DNA of 64,000 nt from Bacteroidia bacterium (GTDB lineage Bacteria; Bacteroidota; Bacteroidia; UKL13-3). Position 1 is the stretch's first letter; each line of letters starts with the position of its first letter. The notes beneath the pieces are model-generated. The model was not told where the DNA came from and did not search any database. It worked only from the letters and a program-made list of their open reading frames with translations. Below are positions 57,635 to 64,000 of the stretch, in pieces. Where the stretch lies: the NCBI GenBank assembly GCA_044370475.1, contig JBILVK010000005.1, positions 1,147-65,146 on the forward strand, in the 5' to 3' direction. The position numbers and the translations under genes were made by a program.

Positions 57635-58431
57635 AAATCCCTTTATTTGTATGTGACTAGTTGCTTAAATAATCAATGCTATTTTGCATCACCAAATGGG
57701 GGGTCAATTTCAAACGGAAACAGGGGGTCAATTTCACCGGTATATGCAGTTAAGGATGTTTATATTTGTGGTGGTGGGACCATAATGATAGATTGTAGAA
57801 ATTAATAAAACCCAGTATCCAACTCAGGTATGTGCCAATTTATTTAGAAAATATTAGCATCAATAAAAATAGGTTTCTCATTGGTTTGTTCCTACTTATC
57901 CCAATAATTTATAATTGCCTTTATTCCCTCTATATTAGCAAAATAGCAAGCAAGATTTTGTAATAAAAAATATTAAATCAGGTTTCCCGGATTTAATATT
58001 CAACCCTTATAGGAATAATAACTCAAGATGTTCATCTTTGATTCTTTAAGCCAATTTTATGAACAAAATGATAGAAAACCTCGAATCAACATTATTCTGT
58101 GTCATACAGGTTAATGAGTACTACCTACATCAAATGTTAAACACTAATATTCCATTGCGTACACCAACTTTTGGAGTTCCACGCCATACAACAGTAAATA
58201 TAATTGGGCACGGAATGTGAATTTTAGTTCAAATGCGGTAGGCAGATTTTACGGAGCTCTTTTATCTGGCTTTCCCTGCAGATGCATCAAAATAAAGTAG
58301 GCATAAAGCCAGACCAAAAAAAACTTCAATTATCTAAACCACCTCATTTAGTTTATAAAAATGCCTGAAAAATAGCATTTGAGTTTTAATCTTTTTACTA
58401 TATTGGCTCTTCATTAGGGCATAGGATTCAG

Positions 58432-60201
58432 ATGAAAAAAAGGGTTCAAATAGTAAACAAAATCTATCTTTTTACGAAGCTTATAGGGATATCGTGCGCT
58501 ATATTTTGGTTCGAACCGACCCTTGCACAAACAAAAATTGATAGCCTTAGAACCTTACTTGAGGCCGAAACAAACTTGCAACAAAGGGCAAACCTTTATA
58601 ATGAACTTGCCTTAGAACAAAGGACATTCGACCTAAACAGCGCTTTTTCCTACGCAAGAACGGCACAAGAAATTGCTACCCAACATAGTTTTACGCGTGA
58701 ATTAGGCGTGGCCCAAAGTGTTTTGGGCTTACTTTACTCCTATACCGACCTACTAGATAGTGCTGTTTATTGGAACTATTCGGCCATAGAATTGCTGCTG
58801 CCCAGTAGAGATAGTTTAGAGATTTCCAGGAATTACAACCGCTTAGGGTCAGACTACCTATTACTCTTGCAAACAGATCAAGCCGCTGAGTACCTATTGC
58901 AAGGCGTGCATTGGTCCAATACGCCAAAAGTTAAAACCGTTGCGTTTAACAACCTTGGCATGATTAGTAAAAAAAATGGCGACTATGCCAAGGCTGTTTT
59001 TTATTATTTAAATGCTTTGAAGGAGCATGATAAAATTAATGAACCTGTTAGCAGAATGAGGGTGCTAAATAACTTGGGTGCGCTCTACATTCAAAAGAAG
59101 GATTATGTAAAAGCACAAAATTGTTTTGAGGAAGCTTATGAAATTGTAAAGATAAGCAATGATCAAGAAAGTTTGGCCCAAGTGTTTGGCGGATTAGGCA
59201 TAACCACACACCATTTAGGTACTAAACAAGATGCCTTAAACTATTTTATTCAATCTGCTGATTTGTTTAAAAAACTAGGACTTACAAGCGATTATGGCAA
59301 ACAAATTCTCTCCATTGCTGACATTCAAAGTGAGTTAAAAAAATATAAGCTTGCTGAGGAAAACTACCATTTGGCAGAGCAAATATTAATTGAGAAAAAA
59401 GATACTTACGCCCTATCCGCCGTATATAATAATTTATCTGAGTGTCTCATTAACCAAAATAAGCCCAAACAAGGGGCCCAATATTTGGAAAAAGCCTACA
59501 AATTATCCCTAACCTATAAAGATCTTAATTTTAATCGCCTCATCGTAAAAAATCTTAGCAGCATTTACGAAACGTTGGGAGAACCAGAAAAAGCCCTTAA
59601 ATACCGAAAAATATATGAGGAATTGCATGAAGAAATGATAAATGTGGCCGAAAATGTAAAGTATGCAGAACTAAACCACCAGTACGAAACAAGCAAAAAA
59701 GAAAAGAAAATTGAACAACAAAAAGTTCAAATCACAGAGATGACAAATAGTCGAAAAAGCTACTTATATATCCTTGCCATTCTTACTTTGCTACTAATTT
59801 TGTTTGGTTTCCTGTACAGAAAAAGAATAAAACACCAACAATCTCTCGAAGAAAATATTTCTTCCATTGCCAAGCAAATTTCTTCCCTTAAATCAGAAAA
59901 TGTCGCACTCAAGTCAAAGTTGGTTCAGACCGAAACAGAACTGCAGTCATTAGTACTAAAATACTCAGAAGCTAAAGAAAAATTGCCTCCAAATTTAGTG
60001 GCGCTTTCTAAACGCGAATATGAAGTCCTACTTTTTATAGCCGAGGGCCTGAGCGACAAAGAGATAGCAGACAAAATCTTTGTGAGCGTCAATACAGTGA
60101 AAACACATGTGCGCAGAATCTATGATAAGCTACTTGTGAATAGCAGAATGGAAGCAACTAAAATGCTTAATAACTACCAATTGTTAGCCGAGGCTTCTTA
60201 G
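58432..60201 (+). CDS. TPR-repeat, single-TM, LuxR-type HTH regulator
   Basis: Multiple TPR-like units (NNLGALYIQKKDYVKAQNCFEEAYEI and others). TM helix YLYILAILTLLLILFGFLY. C-terminal LSKREYEVLLFIAEGLSDKEIADKIFVSVNTVKTHVRRIYDKL. Confidence 0.8.
   Translation: MKKRVQIVNKIYLFTKLIGISCAIFWFEPTLAQTKIDSLRTLLEAETNLQQRANLYNELALEQRTFDLNSAFSYARTAQEIATQHSFTRELGVAQSVLGLLYSYTDLLDSAVYWNYSAIELLLPSRDSLEISRNYNRLGSDYLLLLQTDQAAEYLLQGVHWSNTPKVKTVAFNNLGMISKKNGDYAKAVFYYLNALKEHDKINEPVSRMRVLNNLGALYIQKKDYVKAQNCFEEAYEIVKISNDQESLAQVFGGLGITTHHLGTKQDALNYFIQSADLFKKLGLTSDYGKQILSIADIQSELKKYKLAEENYHLAEQILIEKKDTYALSAVYNNLSECLINQNKPKQGAQYLEKAYKLSLTYKDLNFNRLIVKNLSSIYETLGEPEKALKYRKIYEELHEEMINVAENVKYAELNHQYETSKKEKKIEQQKVQITEMTNSRKSYLYILAILTLLLILFGFLYRKRIKHQQSLEENISSIAKQISSLKSENVALKSKLVQTETELQSLVLKYSEAKEKLPPNLVALSKREYEVLLFIAEGLSDKEIADKIFVSVNTVKTHVRRIYDKLLVNSRMEATKMLNNYQLLAEAS
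58508..58517. repeat. over-represented word family, palindromic variant GGTTCGAACC
   Basis: Context ttttGGTTCGAACCgacc. Decoded as W-F-E-P in the TPR-LuxR gene. Confidence 0.9.
59922..59931 (+). repeat. over-represented word GGTTCAGACC (exact, extended form)
   Basis: Context gttGGTTCAGACCgaaac. Decoded as L-V-Q-T-E in the TPR-LuxR gene. Confidence 0.95.
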
Positions 60202-60357
60202 TTAATGTTTCCTCAAAAAATACTCACTCATTACCTCTAAAAAACACAAAACTCTGCTTACCTGAACATTACAATTAAAGAAATTACAAAAAATCATCCT
60301 TTTGGATGACATCCTCAGGGTAAGGGTAAAGTTAAATTTGTCCATAAACTTAAATTT

Positions 60358-63024
60358 ATGGAAACAAAATTGTACCTAAAGGGCCTCATGTTACCCTTCT
60401 TAGCATTGACCCTGAAATTTTCATTGGCTCAAACAGTGGTAAACATTCCAGATGTGGAAGATGTTTGGGGCGGACGAATTAATGCCATGGCAGGTTATTC
60501 TAAAACTAGCGACACCAGCGGCATCTACATTGCTACCGAAAGTGCCAATTCTCTCTTCTACACCAGCATTTACAATCCAGTTGGTGCCGGATTTACTTTT
60601 GGAAGATTTAGGGTTTTGCCAACTGCCAATTCTGAAGCAAACCTAGGTGGTGGCATTAGTCAAATGGCCGTGCACGCAGCCTCTGGTAAACTGTTCTTTA
60701 TCAATAATGGACTTTACAGTACCTCTCCAACAGAAAGTTCATTAACCTTAATTGATAACGGTAATTTTTCTACCGTTAAAATCAAGGACTCCATTCTGAT
60801 GTATGTGGAGGGCATACAATTGCATTGGGGTAAAATTAGCAGTGCAGGTATATATACCGCAGATGCAGCTTCACCCATTTCACTGGGCTCTGCGCCATCT
60901 TGGCCAGTTGTTATTGATGTAAACCCTAAAACAAATTATGTCTACATTTCCTTTTTAGGCACCTCGCCAAGCATCAAATTATCCAGCAATTATTTCTATG
61001 CTTTAGGTTCTGGAACAACATTTTCTAGCTTAACAATGGGCTCCATTCCTGCAAGCACAACATACTCTGGCTTTGGTATTAGTCCTTCTGGGAGGTTGTT
61101 TTTAGGCGGACAATTATCCGTTGGTTATAATACCTATAAAGCTTTTAGATATTCGGATGATGGAAGCACTTGGACCCACGTTTCTACCCTAGTTTCTGGA
61201 GTAACGGGAACCAGCATTTCATTCTCTGGAACAGAATATACTTACCGAACCTATTTTGCTAAATGCTATTCTACAGACCAAGGAAACAATTGGCTTGAGT
61301 TTGGCAATTCAAGCTACCAAACCCATCCAAATGATGGTTCTGTTCTGTCTGATCCAAACGATAGCATGACCGTTTATATGACCTCCGATCAAGGCATAGC
61401 CTATTCTGTAAATGGAGGCTCTGCGATGCATGAAATGGATAGAGGTGTTGAGGCTGTGCAGGTAAATGATATTAGCATGACCACAGATAAAAATACCGCA
61501 TGGATTGCCTCAAAAGCAGGTGTAAGAAAGGTAAGCAATTATACCTCAACAAAGGATTGGTCAAGGGCCAAATTTCCCAATGGAGATGGCTCTCCTTACT
61601 ACAGTGCAGAAATGAAAACGGGAGATACAAATACTGTTTATGTGGGAAATGTAAGGGTCTATAAAACAACCGATGGTGGTAATAATTGGTCACAAAAGTT
61701 TACCCCAGAAAATGCACCCTACAGTTGGCCGCAAGTTGCCATAAGGGTTGAAGCAATTGAGGTTTGCCAGTGGAACACTAATATCGTTATGGCTGGGTAC
61801 TATGTGCAAGATTCTACCAAAGGTGGACTATTCTATTCACTAGATGGAGGAAACACTTGGTCGCAACAATACTTATATGCCTCTTCTGGATACTACGATG
61901 TAGATGTATGGGATATCATTTTTAATATTGAAGGAACAGATACTATTGCCTATGTAGGTGTGGAGTACGACTTAGCTTATCCTACTGGAAGAAGTGTGTA
62001 CAAACTCGTAAAATCTGGAAGCAGTTGGACAGTTAGCCAGGATATGAATGCGGGCACAACCAGCACCGGGTCTCTTATTGTTGCCACCATAAGAGATTTA
62101 TATAAAAACGAAACTGGCGATACCATTTATGCTTGTGGTACCGATGCAGGCGTTAACCACCCCATTGCTTATTACAAACCTTTGGCTAGCACCGGCAAAT
62201 GGACTCCCCTTCCGACTTCTGGTTTTCCAATGTCAACGGGCGATCAAGGGTATGCCATAACCCAAGGAGTGGATACCATTTATGTTGCTGTTGAAAATGA
62301 GGTGTACTATTTACCTTCTTTCAGCTCTTCTTGGAGCTTGGGTTACAGCTACCCGGAAGGAACAGAAATTAATTTTCTATACTATGATGAACTATTGGTT
62401 GGCACAGAATCTGGTTTATACGGACATAGGACCTTTGAAGCACAACCCACCACATTGGCTTTAACGGTTTTCTTTGAAGGCATGTACAGTGCACCACAAA
62501 CCATGACAGCTGCTCCCTATAATAGCAATCCATCTTTATCTAGTTCCATTGCAGATACCATTATAGTTGAATTGCATGCTGCTACCACACCTTTTGCTGC
62601 GGTAGATACTGTAGTTGCTTTATTAAGAACAAATGGAACTGTTGATTTAAGTTTTGATGCTTCAACTGCAGGAAACTCTTATTATTTGGTTGTAAAACAC
62701 AGAAACTCTATAGAGACTTGGAGTGCTAATACAATTACAATAGGGACCAACCTAACTTATGATTTTAGTACAGCTGCTAATAAAGCTTATGGCAGTAATC
62801 TAAAAAATATTGGCTCTGGAGTGTATGTAATTTATACAGGAGATATAAACCAAGATGGAACCATTGATTTTAGCGATTACCCAAGCTTAGATTTGGGTCA
62901 GATAAATGGTTATACGGGTTACCGATCCGCAGATCTAAATGGTGATGGAACCATTGATTTTAGTGATTACGGCATTATTGACATTAATAGTTTAAATGCA
63001 ATTAGCGTAGCTCAACCATTTTAA
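60358..63024 (+). CDS. secreted BNR/Asp-box beta-propeller protein with C-terminal dockerin-like module
   Basis: Asp-boxes SDDGSTW, TDQGNNW, TDGGNNW, LDGGNTW. C-terminal pair of Ca-loop motifs DINQDGTIDFSD and DLNGDGTIDFSD about 29 residues apart. Signal peptide. Confidence 0.7.
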   Translation: METKLYLKGLMLPFLALTLKFSLAQTVVNIPDVEDVWGGRINAMAGYSKTSDTSGIYIATESANSLFYTSIYNPVGAGFTFGRFRVLPTANSEANLGGGISQMAVHAASGKLFFINNGLYSTSPTESSLTLIDNGNFSTVKIKDSILMYVEGIQLHWGKISSAGIYTADAASPISLGSAPSWPVVIDVNPKTNYVYISFLGTSPSIKLSSNYFYALGSGTTFSSLTMGSIPASTTYSGFGISPSGRLFLGGQLSVGYNTYKAFRYSDDGSTWTHVSTLVSGVTGTSISFSGTEYTYRTYFAKCYSTDQGNNWLEFGNSSYQTHPNDGSVLSDPNDSMTVYMTSDQGIAYSVNGGSAMHEMDRGVEAVQVNDISMTTDKNTAWIASKAGVRKVSNYTSTKDWSRAKFPNGDGSPYYSAEMKTGDTNTVYVGNVRVYKTTDGGNNWSQKFTPENAPYSWPQVAIRVEAIEVCQWNTNIVMAGYYVQDSTKGGLFYSLDGGNTWSQQYLYASSGYYDVDVWDIIFNIEGTDTIAYVGVEYDLAYPTGRSVYKLVKSGSSWTVSQDMNAGTTSTGSLIVATIRDLYKNETGDTIYACGTDAGVNHPIAYYKPLASTGKWTPLPTSGFPMSTGDQGYAITQGVDTIYVAVENEVYYLPSFSSSWSLGYSYPEGTEINFLYYDELLVGTESGLYGHRTFEAQPTTLALTVFFEGMYSAPQTMTAAPYNSNPSLSSSIADTIIVELHAATTPFAAVDTVVALLRTNGTVDLSFDASTAGNSYYLVVKHRNSIETWSANTITIGTNLTYDFSTAANKAYGSNLKNIGSGVYVIYTGDINQDGTIDFSDYPSLDLGQINGYTGYRSADLNGDGTIDFSDYGIIDINSLNAISVAQPF

Positions 63025-63053
63025 TATTTAATCACCTTTAAAGAATTTAAATC

Positions 63054-64000
63054 ATGAAAAAAATCATAACAGGAATACTGCTTTATATAATACTTAGCAG
63101 TACAAATATCTTTGGTCAATCTTCCTTATCAAACTTTGAATTAAGAATGGAAAATGGCCAACTTTCGAGTCCTAGCTCCTACCAATTTGATGTGTATTTG
63201 TACAATACCAGCGTAAGTGCATTTGAATTGAGAGCAGGAACTGTGTCCTTTTGGATAAATGCTTCTTGGAGAAATGGAGGAACCATTACTCCAAGCATTA
63301 CCTCAAGTAATTTAGTTACAGCCCAACAATCTGGGACTTCTGCATATACAAATGGTTCAACAGACTTCTTTAGAAGAACCATTGCCAATGTAGCTTCTGG
63401 TGCTGGAACCTCGATAGCAGCTGGCTCAAGAACAAAATTGTTTACCATCACTTTTTCTAATTCTGCAAGCTTCTCAAATTCTGCAACACCAAATTTTGCA
63501 TGGAAATTTTCAGGCACCAACTCATGCGGCTTCACATACACAGATACTACAACAACCGCTTCTGCTGTCGCCGTAAATGCCACTACAGTTGTTGCAACGC
63601 AATCTAATTGTTATACTCCTGCTTACTGGACAGGCACACAATGGAATTCAGGCTCTAGCTCTGCAGCTGTGGCTTCTACCACAGCACCAACCACAAGCAA
63701 AGATGCTGTTATTTATACTGGAACTTTTAACGGAGCATTAAGCTGCAGAAACTATTACCTTTCACCAAGTACAACACATAATTTGGGTAGCTCAACCCTA
63801 GAAGTTTCTTATAATTTAACAAACAGTGGAACCCTAAGTGCAAGCACTGGAACCCTTAACTTGGTTGGCACACAAATAGCACAAACCAACAACCAAAGCT
63901 TAGCAGGAAATTCCATTGCAGTTCAAAACCTAGGATTTGGCGTTGCCAGCAATGGCGGCACAAAATCACTATCTGCCAATGTTTCTGTTTCGGGCACGCT
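63054..64000 (+). CDS. secreted hypothetical protein, truncated by window edge (possible cohesin-like N-terminal module)
   Basis: Absent from the ORF track because it runs off the window. ATG at 63054. Hand translation MKKIITGILLYIILSSTNIFGQSSLSNFELRMENGQLSSPSSYQFDVYLYNTSVSAFELRAGTVSFWINASW...KLFTITFSNSASF. The frame is open to 64000. Confidence 0.6.
   Translation, partial: MKKIITGILLYIILSSTNIFGQSSLSNFELRMENGQLSSPSSYQFDVYLYNTSVSAFELRAGTVSFWINASWRNGGTITPSITSSNLVTAQQSGTSAYTNGSTDFFRRTIANVASGAGTSIAAGSRTKLFTITFSNSASFSNSATPNFAWKFSGTNSCGFTYTDTTTTASAVAVNATTVVATQSNCYTPAYWTGTQWNSGSSSAAVASTTAPTTSKDAVIYTGTFNGALSCRNYYLSPSTTHNLGSSTLEVSYNLTNSGTLSASTGTLNLVGTQIAQTNNQSLAGNSIAVQNLGFGVASNGGTKSLSANVSVSGT

Larger units (their letters stand above)
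55160..57748 (+). mobile_element. IS21-family insertion sequence (istA plus istB), apparently intact
   Basis: Imperfect terminal inverted repeats: left TGGAAATTCCGGACATATTGACCCCCT, right (complement) TGCATATACCGGTGAAATTGACCCCCT. The TGACCCCCT word recurs four times at the left end (55178, 55202, 55227, 55251) and twice inverted at the right end (57698, 57722). About 2.59 kb with two overlapping-type transposition genes. Confidence 0.85.

Noticed and set aside
13498-59931. The idea that the abundant word is homologous to the Neisseria DUS (GCCGTCTGAA shares GTCTGAA with GGTCTGAACC) or derives from the tRNA T-arm (GGTTCGAATCC resembles GGTTCGAACC)
   Set aside because: The shared core is only 7-8 nt, which proves nothing across phyla. 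No tRNA-like structure surrounds any copy. I keep the functional analogy but reject homology.
13498-59931. The abundant word as part of a MITE/REP-type repeat element
   Set aside because: Conservation does not extend beyond about 16 nt. There are no paired inverted copies or hairpins, and most copies lie inside intact coding sequence in different frames.
1-64000. CRISPR arrays, rRNA genes and prophage structural modules
   Set aside because: No regularly spaced direct repeats with unique spacers, no rRNA-like sequence and no capsid, tail or terminase-like ORFs were seen anywhere in the window.

Overview
The window reads as a 64-kb Bacteroidota-type chromosomal segment. Three proteins end in T9SS-style C-terminal sorting domains, TTTG-N19-20-TAnnTTTG promoter boxes are present, and there are many lipoproteins and beta-barrel OMPs. 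Left to right: (1) a surface protein of more than 2385 aa, cut by the window edge (LamG-like, cadherin-like, Ig-like, RCC1 propeller, Gly-rich); (2) pyruvate:ferredoxin oxidoreductase; (3) a run of small housekeeping and hypothetical genes; (4) DUF6702, HupE/UreJ and an M1 peptidase; (5) a rhodanese/thioredoxin cluster; (6) a decayed accessory islet of about 3 kb, holding a restriction-modification gene remnant, three Bro-N/DinD copies in different states of decay and a GNAT-like plus 64-aa gene pair, with ~150-bp direct repeats bracketing its left 2 kb; (7) prfC; (8) a cluster of coiled-coil protein, ABC1/UbiB kinase, phasin-like protein and EF-hand-loop membrane protein; (9) hrpB; (10) an SBBP-repeat T9SS protein; (11) a tightly packed 7-gene beta-glucan-type operon (GH3, GH16, clan GH-A hydrolase, two lipoproteins, two large beta-barrel OMPs, no recognisable SusC/SusD) with a divergent Y_Y_Y/LuxR one-component sensor and an adjacent multi-CBM T9SS protein; (12) tRNA-Phe followed by an intact IS21-family element; (13) a TPR-LuxR regulator, a BNR/dockerin protein and a possible cohesin-like protein. 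The two edge genes (1..7157 minus, 63054..64000 plus) are missing from the ORF track because they run off the window, so I translated them by hand. The most unusual signal is at the DNA level. The 10-mer GGTTCAGACC (extended TTGGTTCAGACCGAAA) and close relatives occur 20 times against about 0.1 expected per word. They lie on both strands, in several reading frames and in intergenic DNA, which resembles an uptake-signal-like genomic word. No CRISPR array or rRNA was seen. All functional calls come from motifs I recognise by eye, and no database search was run.
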